Shown piece by piece: positions 1 to 8,190 of a DNA stretch of 8,190 nt. Under the pieces are notes generated by a model. It ran no database searches. It worked only from the letters and a program-made list of their open reading frames with translations, and was not told the origin of the DNA. The position numbers were made by a program, and so were the translations under genes. The stretch covers positions 1 through 8,190 of the IMG/VR virus record IMGVR_UViG_2734482595_000009. One strand, given 5' to 3'. The DNA is from a virus (lineage: Duplodnaviria; Heunggongvirae; Uroviricota; Caudoviricetes). Each line of letters starts with the position of its first letter. Position 1 is the first letter of the stretch.

Positions 1-3000
1 GGCTTGCCCTTAATCGTCCAGCCACGCATATCAGGGATCACGCCTGACGGATAAGCGACTGCAAGTTTCGGGTAGGCAGATTTGTCAAAAGTCTGCCCCT
101 GCATCAGGGCATAACCAGACGGAACGGTATCTGATGGCCACGGGATTGGTGCGCCAGGCGGATAAAACTGCTCTGATGGCGTATAGAGTGAATAAACTGT
201 ACCGTCCGTTAACCCTTCCGGCTTATTAGCAGAATATGCTGGTGACGTATGAATCGTTACGCTGGCATTACTGGTATAATCCCATTGAATATTTACACCA
301 GTCGCATAATTTCCGATTGCAACGTAAATATCGTAAGTATCACCAGATGTATTGACCCAGGCAAAATTTGTAAACCCTGCCGATGTGCGCTGCCATAAAG
401 CACCAGTAATCCCCTTCGGATTACCATTACCTGCACGCAAAACAAGTTCAGATATACCTGCCTGTTGAGGTGAACCGACGTTATATCCAGCCCCACCAAT
501 CAACGTAATTGAAACAACAGAACTCGCCTGCGGCATGGTTACCGTTGCCAGCTTGAACCATCCAGCACCACCACTAAAAGACATTGTTGTGGAGTTGATC
601 GTGCCTATAGACCGTGGGTTAAGTTCAATATCTTTAGAACCATCAAACGAAACACCAGATATTTTTATTGCTGTCTGAAGTTTCGTAGCTGTATCAGAAT
701 TTCCCTTAATCCCCTTAGGAGAATTAAGTGGTGTATTGATCGTCACTTCACCTGTTGCGTTATTTACTGCAAATGGTCGAAGACCGTTCCAGCCACCGTA
801 CTGGTCGCCTTTATCAGTCATGAGCAAGTAAGTATTTGCTCCATCATTTCGCCATATGACACCGTAATCACCTGCAATCATCCTTAACGCGTTCTGACTA
901 CGGACAATAACTTCATCATTAGCGTAAATCTTATTCCCGCTAATGTCTGACTTACTCAAAACAGGATACGAACTATAAAATCCATTACCTTGTTTAAAAT
1001 CTAAAATTAAATTTACCGCAACTGATTCAGAATAAGGATCAGTTGCGCCAAATTTATAAGTCGTTTCAGCAACAATATAATCAGAAGCAGGTGCAGTAAC
1101 GGAGAGACCTTCTTCTAAAAAGACCTCTACGGGAAATGCCCCACCTTCTATATAGAATACGCTGTCTACGGTATCGCCTTTATTACTCATCAGAATGGAA
1201 TGAATAGCGCGTTCCGATGATGAATAAGCCCAGAACATACCACAGGCATAGCTACCCCGGTCCGTCCAGCCGCCTGCGCAAACAAAACCATTAAACTCAC
1301 AATTATTCATTCTGTGATTAGCTGAGCGACTTGGCGTTGAAATGACAACGCGGGATGCCCGATGGCTGTCATTCCTTTTTATCACTAACGGATAATATTT
1401 ACCTTCCTGGACACCCGCCGGGGCATTTACCACAACGTATCGCATCCCCTTTTTCTGATCCACTTCACCTTTGCTGTAAACATTAATGTTACTCAGGAAG
1501 CGGTCCTTGTCGGGAATATCAGCACCGTTCTGGTCTTTCTGCAGACGTTTCTCTGCATTGTCATAGGCTGCTTTTACTGCCTTTGGCGTTGCCGCCAGCG
1601 TTTCAGACGTGCTGTTGGTCGCACTGCTGAGCTGTACTATCCCCTTTTTCGTCGTGCTCGCATCCTCAAGCGCCACGGCGGATGCAATATCCTCTGCCCG
1701 TTTTGCCGCTGTCTCAGCGCGCGTTGCTGCAGATTCCGCCGTACTTTTGCTCTGAGCTGCTGCCGTCGCACTACCAGCTGCCTCTGTCGCCTTCGTGGAT
1801 GCCGTCGTGGCGCTGCCCTTCGCTGCTGACGCCTGTCTGGTCGCCTCATCTTTTGAAGCAGACGCCGATGATGCCGATGACGCCGCCGAACTGGCGGACG
1901 ATGCCGCTGCCGTTTTTGAGGATTCTGCACGGGTTTCCGACGCTTTCGCGTTCGTTTCGGATGTCTTCGCTGCGGAAGCTGACCTCGCTGCTGCCGTGGC
2001 CTGCTCAGTGGCTTCGCCAGCCTTCGTTGTGGCTGTTGAAGCGGATGATGCGGCGCTTTCTGCCGATTTTCCTGCGGCGGTGGCACTGGCTGAGGCCTGC
2101 CCGGCACTTGTTGACGCGGCACTGGCAGATGATGCAGCCGCTGTTTTTGAGCCTGCCGCAGCTGAGGCACTCTGTGCTGCTGCCGTTTCAGAGGACCTGG
2201 CGTTTGTCTCAGACGTCTTTGCCGCCTTCGCGGAATTTCCTGCCGCCGTTGCCGAGGAAGCTGCACTACTGGCGCTTGATGATGCGTTCGTTTCTGATGA
2301 TTTTGCCGCCTCTTTTGAAGCCGACGCATCCCTGGCTGAGGTGGCAGCTTCTGACGCTTTCGTGGTCGCGGTGGATGCAGAAGTGGCGGCTGATTGTTCT
2401 GACGCTGCCGCATTCGTTTCTGACGTTTTCGCCGCACCTGCACTGGTAGCCGCCGCGCTTTTTGAGGACTCTGCAGCGGCAGCACTTTTTGAGGCTTCAG
2501 TGGCCTTTGTTGATGCCGTTCCTGCGCTGGAAGACGCTGACTGAGCCGACGACGCGGCCTGTCCGGCTGACGTGCTGGCTGCGCGTGCTGAGCCTGCAGC
2601 ATCAGTCGCATGGGTTGCCGCCTCACGGGCTGATGTGCTGGCATCGCTGGCTGACTTCTTCGCGGCTGCTGTGTTCTGTGCCACCGCGGACGCGTTACGC
2701 GCCACCTCTTCCACCATCAGTTCAAAACGTCGCAGTGCCTCCGGACGGGCATCATCCTCCGTCATGGCACCGAGAAAATCATTCAGCGTACCGGGTTGAG
2801 AATCTTCATACACGGTGATGGTCCCGGCATGTGACGGCGGGAATCCCTCCACCAACAGAATAACGCTGTACTGACCGTACTCAACGTCCATGCTGTAACG
2901 CCCGGCTTCATCCGGATTTTCTGAGGCCAGCGTGTTCACCACCACAGTGGTACTGTTACGTTTTGCTTTCAGCTGGATTGTGCAGTTCTGTACCGGTTTT

Positions 3001-3041
3001 CCTGTGCCGTCTTTCAGTACACCTGAAATCTTTACTGCCAT
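1..3041 (-). CDS. stf: Side tail fibre protein Stf (lambda Stf / StfR family), N-terminal 1013 codons; C-terminus lies beyond the left window edge
   Basis: ATG at 3041..3039 preceded by GGGGTG (Shine-Dalgarno, 5-nt spacer). Hand translation from 3041 gives [16 protein letters not shown], which I recall as the lambda Stf N-terminus. Hand translation inside the repeat region (2160..2240) gives [28 protein letters not shown]. At the left edge (3..170) it gives [54 protein letters not shown], a conserved distal Stf segment. The frame is open to the window edge as far as I translated it (3..599, 1440..1680, 2160..2240); the rest I did not translate by hand. This ORF is missing from the supplied track because it has no stop inside the window. 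Confidence 0.92.
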   Translation of the reverse strand, partial: MAVKISGVLKDGTGKPVQNCTIQLKAKRNSTTVVVNTLASENPDEAGRYSMDVEYGQYSVILLVEGFPPSHAGTITVYEDSQPGTLNDFLGAMTEDDARPEALRRFELMVEEVARNASAVAQNTAAAKKSASDASTSAREAATHATDAAGSARAASTSAGQAASSAQSASSSAGTASTKATEASKSAAAAESSKSAAATSAGAAKTSETNAAASEQSAATSASTATTKASEAATSARDASASKEAAKSSETNASSSASSAASSATAAGNSAKAAKTSETNARSSETAAAQSASAAAGSKTAAASSASAASTSAGQASASATAAGKSAESAASSASTATTKAGEATEQATAAARSASAAKTSETNAKASETRAESSKTAAASSASSAASSASSASASKDEATRQASAAKGSATTASTKATEAAGSATAAAQSKSTAESAATRAETAAKRAEDIASAVALEDASTTKKGIVQLSSATNSTSETLAATPKAVKAAYDNAEKRLQKDQNGADIPDKDRFLSNINVYSKGEVDQKKGMRYVVVNAPAGVQEGKYYPLVIKRNDSHRASRVVISTPSRSANHRMNNCEFNGFVCAGGWTDRGSYACGMFWAYSSSERAIHSILMSNKGDTVDSVFYIEGGAFPVEVFLEEGLSVTAPASDYIVAETTYKFGATDPYSESVAVNLILDFKQGNGFYSSYPVLSKSDISGNKIYANDEVIVRSQNALRMIAGDYGVIWRNDGANTYLLMTDKGDQYGGWNGLRPFAVNNATGEVTINTPLNSPKGIKGNSDTATKLQTAIKISGVSFDGSKDIELNPRSIGTINSTTMSFSGGAGWFKLATVTMPQASSVVSITLIGGAGYNVGSPQQAGISELVLRAGNGNPKGITGALWQRTSAGFTNFAWVNTSGDTYDIYVAIGNYATGVNIQWDYTSNASVTIHTSPAYSANKPEGLTDGTVYSLYTPSEQFYPPGAPIPWPSDTVPSGYALMQGQTFDKSAYPKLAVAYPSGVIPDMRGWTIKGK
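1680..2700 (-). repeat. Imperfect tandem low-complexity tract encoding Ala/Ser/Thr-rich repeats (KTSETNA-like motifs) inside stf
   Basis: Recurrent near-identical DNA motifs on the plus strand (cgtttgtctcagacgtctttgccgcc near 2199, gcgttcgtttctgatgattttgccgcc near 2283, gcattcgtttctgacgttttcgccgca near 2410, cgttcgtttcggatgtcttcgctgcgg near 1950). The translated stf frame is Ala/Ser/Thr/Lys/Glu-rich. All three plus-strand and out-of-frame ORFs in the track here (1682..2449, 1795..2544, 1637..2644) are artefacts of this compositional bias. Boundaries are approximate. Confidence 0.7.
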
Positions 3042-3051
3042 ATTCACCCCA

Positions 3052-3079
3052 CAAAAAAGCCCGCCTGAACCGGCGGGCT
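3052..3079 (-). terminator. Rho-independent terminator downstream of lom, immediately upstream of the stf ribosome-binding site
   Basis: On the minus strand: AGCCCGCC - GGTTCA - GGCGGGC followed by TTTTTT (plus-strand A-run 3053..3058). A 7-8 bp GC-rich stem, 6-nt loop and U6 tract, 26 nt after the lom stop. Confidence 0.6.
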
Positions 3080-3105
3080 GTCATAACACTGTGTTACCTG
3101 GCTAA

Positions 3106-3705
3106 TCAGAATTTATAACCGACACCCACGATGAAACCGTCAGTGCGCCAGTCACCACTGCCGGAGCCTTCATAAGCAATATCAATGGCCACGGATTCGG
3201 TCGGGTTAAACTGCACGCCAGCCCCCCACGCCAGAGACGTGTTGCTGTGGCGACCGTCATCACTTCCGGTCAGCACATCGTGCGTTTTCCCCTTGTTGTC
3301 AGTTACGCGGAGATAATCCCCGGAGAAAGTCGACACACGGCTGTAAGCCACACCCGCCATCGCATACGCGCTGAACCATTCATTCACGCGTACAGACGGC
3401 CCCGCCATCACGCTGAACCAGCGGTTACGCACGGAATCTTCATGCCAGCGGGTATCGCTGTAACGGGTAAGCTGGCGATTCTTGTCTCCTGCATAGCTGA
3501 ATGACGTCACCAGCCCCAGCGTGTCCGTAAATTCATAACGGTATTTCACGTTAATCCCGTTCAGATCATCGCTGCCGGGAACGTTCGTCGAGGCATGAAG
3601 ATACCCCGCGCTCAGCGTGGCCTGCTGCTCAGACGCCCATGCAGGCGCACCGGATACGGCCAGACAGATGGCTGCGGACAAAATGGCTGCACAAACTTTA
3701 CGCAT
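3106..3705 (-). CDS. lom: Outer-membrane beta-barrel protein Lom (Ail/Lom/PagC family), 199 aa, lysogenic-conversion type gene
   Basis: ORF 3106..3705 with ATG at 3705 preceded by GAGAGG (5-nt spacer). N-terminus [26 protein letters not shown] is a typical Sec signal peptide with an AWA-SE cleavage motif. C-terminus ends in an aromatic residue (GYKF), typical of beta-barrel outer-membrane proteins. Overall close to lambda Lom as I recall it. Sits between J and stf exactly as in lambda. Confidence 0.93.
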
Positions 3706-3729
3706 AATTACCTCTCGCTTTTCTGCAAT

Positions 3730-3754
3730 AAAAAAGGCGCCATTTCTGGCGCCC
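3730..3754 (-). terminator. Rho-independent terminator between the J stop and the lom start
   Basis: On the minus strand: GGCGCC - AGAAAT - GGCGCC followed by TTTTTT (plus-strand A-run 3730..3735). A 6-bp all-GC stem, 6-nt loop and U6 tract, about 20 nt after the J stop codon (3773..3775). Confidence 0.55.
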
Positions 3755-3772
3755 GTATATGGGTTATAAAAT

Positions 3773-6700
3773 TCAGCTGATACTGATGCCTGCGGTGGCT
3801 TTCTTCATCACCACAACCAGCAAATCGCTGATACTTGCTGTGGGATACCAGTCATTTACCAGCCATGCTGACACCGAAAACTCCAGCGTCATGTGACCGT
3901 GACCGGCAGGCATATCAATAACGCCACTGTAAATCAGCGTATTATCCAGCGCGGTACGGTTATAAATTTCAGCACCGTTTTTCCGCACTATCAGACGGCA
4001 TGAGGAGTAAATATCAGTATGCTCTCTCTCATGTTTAGCGCCGCTGAATGCCACCGCCGGAATAACAATCTGCCGGTCAAACGGCTGATCGTCATAAACC
4101 CTGACGGTAATGGTCCCTGATGGCCACCGTTCCGGTGCACGGGAGTCCCGGGGGAAAGCTTTGCCCACTGTTTTAACGAGATCGCCTTCAATCTGGTTCG
4201 CGGACAGTTTTCCCAGAACCCGACAGTTCTCGTTAATCGTGACGTTGTTGAGCGTCCCGGAGTTCGCATTCACGTTACCGCTGATATCGGCATTTTTCGC
4301 CGTCAGCCGCCCGTCCGGTGTCAGGGAAAATGCCGGAGGATTACCGCCGCTGGTAATGGTCGGAGCCGTCAGGCGTTTCAGGAACACGTCGTTCATGAAT
4401 ATCTGATCGCCCTGACCAACAAACATTGGTCTTGTGTTGCCATTAGACGGATCAATAAACGCGATACGGTTAGCGGCAACCAGGAACTGGCTCAGTTTGC
4501 CTTCCTCCGTGTCCTCCATGCTGAGGCCAATACCCGCGACATAATGTTTGCCGTCTTTGGTCTGCTCAATTTTGACGCCCCACATGGCATTCCACTTATC
4601 GTTGGCGTCCTTCCACTCTTTCGAAAACTGCTCCAGTTTGCTGGCGTTATCTTCCGTCAGCTCAAAGTTTTCCAGTAGCTCCTTGCCGAGATGCGTTTTA
4701 TTGATCAACCCTTTATAAAAATTCAGATAACCTTCCGCATCATCGCTCGCCCGACCGACGGCCTCCACAAATGCCGATTTACCAACGGTATTCACGCTGC
4801 GGATATAAAAGTAATAATCATAACCCGGCTTAATATTGCTACTGGCAGCTATCCAGTACAGCGCCGTGCCAAGATAGCGGGCTGTGGTTTCAACCTGCCT
4901 GATATCAGCAATCCGCTTTTCCGAGAACCAGAACTCAAACTGCACCGTCGGGTCATATACAGCCAGTTTCGGGACCGCTGTTATCTGAAAATACCCTGGT
5001 ATCAGTTCAATAGTGACAGGCGCTGCAGGTGCGGCAATCCGGAACGATACCGATGCCGGATCGCCCTGCTGCCCCCACGCATTTGCCGCCCGGACCGTCA
5101 GCGTGTAACGCCCCAGCGCCAGCTGCCTGAAGCGGTATGTGGTTTCCGTCGTCCGGACCGTGCTGACCAGCCGCTCACTGCCGTCATCCGCTGTTACGGT
5201 CAGACGGAGCAGGAAGCTCACGCCCTTCACCACCTTCGGCGTGTCCCAGCGGGCCAGTACCTGATATTCCCCGCTGTCTGCGGAGACTTCGGCGGTCAGA
5301 TGCTGCACTGCTGGCGGCGTGACACCATTCACCGTGCCGCTCTGGTCGCCGTCAAAGTGCGCCCCGTTATCCACGATGGCTTCTTTTTCCGGTACATGCT
5401 GCACGGCGGTGATGGCATACGTGCCGTCGTCGTTCTCACGGATACTCACGCAGCGGAACAGGCGCTGGCGCAGCGTCGGCAGCTTCAGCCCCCACACGCT
5501 GTATTCAGCAACGCCGTCAGGAACACGGCTCACTTTCACCTTCACGCCGTCGGTGACGGACTGAACCTCCACGCTGACCGGATTGCCACTTCCGTCAACC
5601 AGGCTTATCAGCGTGGTACCGGAGGATGGCAGCGTGATTTCACGATCGAGCGTCAGCGTCCGGGTCTGGCTGTTCACCGCCAGCACACGACCACCGTTGC
5701 TGATACCGGCATAGTCATCATCGCAGATTTCAATGACATCGCCCGGTACATGGCGAAGCCCTTCAGCACCCACGCTGAAGTCCACGGTCTGCGTTTCCAG
5801 CAGCTCCGTTTTAATCAGCCACAGCCCGGCGCGGTGTGCCTGCCCCCGGCTGGTACAGCCAAAAGCATCCATCTTCGTGACGTTACGACCGTAACGGGCA
5901 ATGGCCTGCGTATCCTCCACAAGCTCTGTCGCCGTCTCCCAGCCGTTGTTCGGGTCAATCCAGTTCACCTCAACGGCATTATGGCGGTCTTTCAGGGCGC
6001 TGAAGCTGTAGCGGAACGGCGCGCCATCATCCGGCATCACCACATTACTGCGGTTATAGGTCCACACCTTATCTGATGGTCGGTCCTGCACGAACGTCAG
6101 CGTCTGCCCGTTCCATACCGGCATACAGCGCATCGCCGAGCAGAAATCACTGAGCACATCCCACGCCTTGCGCTGCGTGGTCAGCCAGGCATTACAGGTG
6201 ATGCGCGGCTCCGTGCCGCCAAAGCCGTCCGGCACCGACTGGTCGCAGTACTGGCCGATGACATACAGCGCCCATTTATCCACATCCGCCGCACCAAGAC
6301 GTTTCCCCATGCCGTAGCGCGGATGGGTCAGCATATCCCACAGACACCAGGCCGGGTTGTTGCTGTATGCCGGTTTTAACGTTCCGTCCCAGATACCGCT
6401 GTATTGCCGCGTCTGCGGGTTATAGTTCGACGGCACCTGCAGAATGCGCCCGCGAAGATGATAATTACGGCTCACCTGCTGGCTGCCGAACTGCTCCGAG
6501 TCCACCTGCACGCCGACCAGTGCCGTGTTCGGGTAGCACTGTTTCACATCGATGATTTCGGTGTACGACGACCAGAGCGTTTTGTTCTGCAGCTGGTCTG
6601 TAGTGCTGTCCGGTGTCATCCTGCGCATCCGGATATTGAACGGGCGCGGAGGCAGGTTATCCACCATCACCGAGGCCAGATACTGCGAGGTGGTTTTGCC

Positions 6701-7168
6701 CTTAATGGTGATGTCTTTTTCCGTCACCCAGCCACCGTTACGCTGTATCTGAACCAGCAGGCGGACTTCCGACGGATTCCTGTCACCCTTTGAGGTGGTT
6801 TCCACCAGTGCCTGTACACCGAAGGTAAAGCGCAGACGGTCGATGTTTGCCGACGTAATGGTACGGGTGATCGGCGTGTCATATTTCACTTCCGTACCCA
6901 GCACCGTCTCGGAGCCGGAGGATTCAAACCCCTCCGGCGGAGTCTGCTCCTGCTCACCTGCCCGGAACACCACCGTGACGCCGGATATATTGGTATTCCC
7001 CTCACTGTCCAGCACCGGCGTACTGTTCAGCAGCACGCTTTTTAATCCATCCACCGGACCTTCAATCGGCCCTTCGCTGATGGCATCAATCACACTCAGC
7101 AGCTGCGTGGATTTCAGGTTGTCCTTCGCTTCGCGCGGGGTATGCCCCTTACTGCTGCCTTTACCCAT
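3773..7168 (-). CDS. J: Tail tip attachment / host specificity protein J (central tail fibre), 1131 aa
   Basis: ORF 3773..7168 with ATG at 7168 and an upstream GGAG. N-terminus [34 protein letters not shown] and most of the length match lambda J as I recall it, and the length is 1131 aa versus 1132 in lambda. Position between I and lom is as in lambda. The last roughly 150 aa look divergent from lambda J. Confidence 0.97.
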   Translation of the reverse strand: MGKGSSKGHTPREAKDNLKSTQLLSVIDAISEGPIEGPVDGLKSVLLNSTPVLDSEGNTNISGVTVVFRAGEQEQTPPEGFESSGSETVLGTEVKYDTPITRTITSANIDRLRFTFGVQALVETTSKGDRNPSEVRLLVQIQRNGGWVTEKDITIKGKTTSQYLASVMVDNLPPRPFNIRMRRMTPDSTTDQLQNKTLWSSYTEIIDVKQCYPNTALVGVQVDSEQFGSQQVSRNYHLRGRILQVPSNYNPQTRQYSGIWDGTLKPAYSNNPAWCLWDMLTHPRYGMGKRLGAADVDKWALYVIGQYCDQSVPDGFGGTEPRITCNAWLTTQRKAWDVLSDFCSAMRCMPVWNGQTLTFVQDRPSDKVWTYNRSNVVMPDDGAPFRYSFSALKDRHNAVEVNWIDPNNGWETATELVEDTQAIARYGRNVTKMDAFGCTSRGQAHRAGLWLIKTELLETQTVDFSVGAEGLRHVPGDVIEICDDDYAGISNGGRVLAVNSQTRTLTLDREITLPSSGTTLISLVDGSGNPVSVEVQSVTDGVKVKVSRVPDGVAEYSVWGLKLPTLRQRLFRCVSIRENDDGTYAITAVQHVPEKEAIVDNGAHFDGDQSGTVNGVTPPAVQHLTAEVSADSGEYQVLARWDTPKVVKGVSFLLRLTVTADDGSERLVSTVRTTETTYRFRQLALGRYTLTVRAANAWGQQGDPASVSFRIAAPAAPVTIELIPGYFQITAVPKLAVYDPTVQFEFWFSEKRIADIRQVETTARYLGTALYWIAASSNIKPGYDYYFYIRSVNTVGKSAFVEAVGRASDDAEGYLNFYKGLINKTHLGKELLENFELTEDNASKLEQFSKEWKDANDKWNAMWGVKIEQTKDGKHYVAGIGLSMEDTEEGKLSQFLVAANRIAFIDPSNGNTRPMFVGQGDQIFMNDVFLKRLTAPTITSGGNPPAFSLTPDGRLTAKNADISGNVNANSGTLNNVTINENCRVLGKLSANQIEGDLVKTVGKAFPRDSRAPERWPSGTITVRVYDDQPFDRQIVIPAVAFSGAKHEREHTDIYSSCRLIVRKNGAEIYNRTALDNTLIYSGVIDMPAGHGHMTLEFSVSAWLVNDWYPTASISDLLVVVMKKATAGISIS

Positions 7169-7190
7169 TCCTCACGCTCCATAAACGACA

Positions 7191-7210
7191 AAACCGCCCG
7201 CAGGCGGTTT
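7191..7210 (-). promoter_or_regulatory. Stable stem-loop in the I-J intergenic spacer (terminator-like or RNA processing/stability element)
   Basis: On the minus strand: AAACCGCC - TGCG - GGCGGTTT, an 8-bp stem with a 4-nt loop, followed by U-rich TGTCGTTTAT. Lies between the I stop (7229) and the J start (7168). Confidence 0.35.
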
Positions 7211-7228
7211 CACATAAAACATTTTGCA

Positions 7229-7876
7229 TCAGCGACCAATCACCACAACCTGACCACCGTCCCCTTCGTCTGCCGTGCTGATCTCCTGAGAAACCACGCG
7301 TGACCCCACGCGCATTTCCCCGTACAGAACCGGCAGAACATTGCCCTGGGCAACCATGTTATCCAGTGAGGAGAAATACGTGTTCTGTTTGCCGTTATCT
7401 GTACTGGCTGCCGTGGGCGTCCTGGCTTTCGGTGCCAGCATCTGCGCCACTCCGCCCAGGATCATACTGGCCCCTGCCGCATACATGCCCGATACAGCCG
7501 CGGCACCCAGCCAACTCACAGGATTCCACCATGCCACCGCAATCAGCGCCGCCCCAAGCACCACCTGAAACACACCGCCACTTTTAGCTCCCGCCAGACG
7601 CGGCACGATGTGGATCACGGCACCATTTGCCAGCGGCTCATTAAGACGGGCAGATAATTCATTTTCGCCTGCATCACGCCCGGCAATGCGCACCTGATAC
7701 CAGCCCTCATTCAGTTTCTGACGAAACGCCGGGAGCTGTGTGGCCAGCGCCCGGATGGCTTCGGCCCCCGTTTTCACACGAAGGTCGATGCGGCGGCCAA
7801 ATCGTTGCAAATCCCCGTAAAGGCAGATGCGTGCCATGCCCGGTGACGCCAGAGGGAGTGTGTGCGTCGCTGCCAT
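7229..7876 (-). CDS. I: Tail tip assembly protein I, 215 aa
   Basis: ORF 7229..7876. N-terminus MAATHTLPLASPGMARICLYGDLQRFGRRIDLRVKTGAEAIRALATQLPAFRQK and C-terminus NTYFSSLDNMVAQGNVLPVLYGEMRVGSRVVSQEISTADEGDGGQVVVIGR match lambda I as I recall it. A hydrophobic Gly/Ala-rich central segment is present. Overlaps the 3' end of K by 103 bp in another frame, as in lambda. Confidence 0.93.
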   Translation of the reverse strand: MAATHTLPLASPGMARICLYGDLQRFGRRIDLRVKTGAEAIRALATQLPAFRQKLNEGWYQVRIAGRDAGENELSARLNEPLANGAVIHIVPRLAGAKSGGVFQVVLGAALIAVAWWNPVSWLGAAAVSGMYAAGASMILGGVAQMLAPKARTPTAASTDNGKQNTYFSSLDNMVAQGNVLPVLYGEMRVGSRVVSQEISTADEGDGGQVVVIGR

Positions 7877-8190
7877 TTGTCGGTATACCTCTCTCGTTTG
7901 CTCAGTTGTTCAGGAATATGGTGCAGCAGCTCGCCGTCGCCGCAGTAAATAGCGGCATGATTCGGCACCGATGAACCAAAACAGCACAGCAGCACATCGC
8001 CCGGCTGCGCCGCTGACAACGGCACCTGATATAGCCCCGTTGCCTCCAGATTATCCAGATAGAGATTCTGACCGTGACGCCACCAGTCATCCTCACGATG
8101 AAAATCCGGCATCTCAATCCCCGCCAGATGGTAAGCATCCCGGAACAGCGTGTAACAGTCCGTCACCCCGTGCTCAAAGCGCCGCCCGGT
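7774..8190 (-). CDS. K: Tail tip assembly protein K (NlpC/P60-type C-terminal domain), C-terminal 138 codons; N-terminus lies beyond the right window edge
   Basis: Hand translation of the minus strand from 8190 gives TGRRFEHGVTDCYTLFRDAYHLAG, continuing into track ORF 7774..8166. The track's start at 8166 is an internal GTG (Val) codon; the frame is open to the window edge. Contains the Cys/His motif context DCYTLF ... PGDVLLCCFGSSVPNHAAIYCGDGELLHHIP typical of NlpC/P60-like domains. Matches lambda K as I recall it. Confidence 0.93.
   Translation of the reverse strand, partial: TGRRFEHGVTDCYTLFRDAYHLAGIEMPDFHREDDWWRHGQNLYLDNLEATGLYQVPLSAAQPGDVLLCCFGSSVPNHAAIYCGDGELLHHIPEQLSKRERYTDKWQRRTHSLWRHRAWHASAFTGICNDLAAASTFV

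Noticed and set aside
1682-2544. Plus-strand ORFs of 255 and 249 aa (1682..2449 and 1795..2544)
   Set aside because: Antisense shadows of the Ala/Ser-rich stf repeat tract. Their odd Ala/Asp/Phe/Val-rich or Leu/Pro/Trp-rich composition is the reverse-complement reading of Ala/Ser/Thr codons. The true stf frame was verified by hand.
1637-2644. 335-aa minus-strand Arg/Gln/Pro-rich ORF
   Set aside because: Same strand as stf but out of frame. It is an artefact of the low-complexity repeat; the stf frame gives the recognisable AAKTSETNA repeats.
3247-3780. Plus-strand ORFs of 85 and 61 aa (3247..3504 and 3595..3780)
   Set aside because: Antisense to lom and to the J-lom spacer. No ribosome-binding site or recognisable product.
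293-4406. Small ORFs 293..499 (-), 3991..4269 (-) and 4110..4406 (+)
   Set aside because: Out of frame or antisense within stf and J. No independent support.
4691-6076. 461-aa plus-strand ORF in the supplied track
   Set aside because: Lies entirely antisense to J, whose identity is very secure. The product is Arg/Pro/Cys-rich with no recognisable motif. Long antisense ORFs are expected in GC-rich coding DNA.
7300-8138. Plus-strand ORFs 7300..7587, 7341..7568 and 7738..7974, and minus-strand out-of-frame ORF 7902..8138
   Set aside because: All lie inside or antisense to the well-supported I and K genes; the compositions are low-complexity or Cys/Arg-rich.
8164-8166. Apparent K start codon at 8166 in the ORF track
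   Set aside because: This is an internal GTG (Val) codon. Hand translation shows the K frame stays open to the window edge (TGRRFEHGV upstream), so K is truncated by the window rather than starting here.
1-8190. Possibility of a novel defence or accessory system, CRISPR array, tRNA or mobile element
   Set aside because: Every stretch is accounted for by five collinear lambda-type tail genes with short spacers of 60-67 bp. There is no unexplained coding capacity, no repeat-spacer array, no tRNA-like structure and no transposase or integrase.

Overview
The whole window is the host-recognition end of a lambda-like (lambdoid siphovirus) tail operon, read on the minus strand: K (partial) - I - J - lom - stf (partial). 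Gene order, gene lengths, the 103-bp K/I overlap and the roughly 60-bp intergenic spacers match the phage lambda K-I-J-lom-stf region, so this is a lambdoid phage or prophage of an enterobacterial host. I confirmed reading frames by hand-translating the minus strand at the stf start, inside the stf repeat region, at the left window edge and at the right window edge. I found no tRNA, rRNA, CRISPR array, IS element or integrase. I do not see evidence for a previously undescribed system here; this is a well-characterised module. The points worth a second look are host-range mosaicism (a divergent C-terminal domain in J and an AT-rich distal module in the tail fibre), the lom conversion gene bracketed by intrinsic terminators, and the Ala/Ser-rich repeat tract in stf. 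All comparisons to lambda proteins are from memory, not from a database search.
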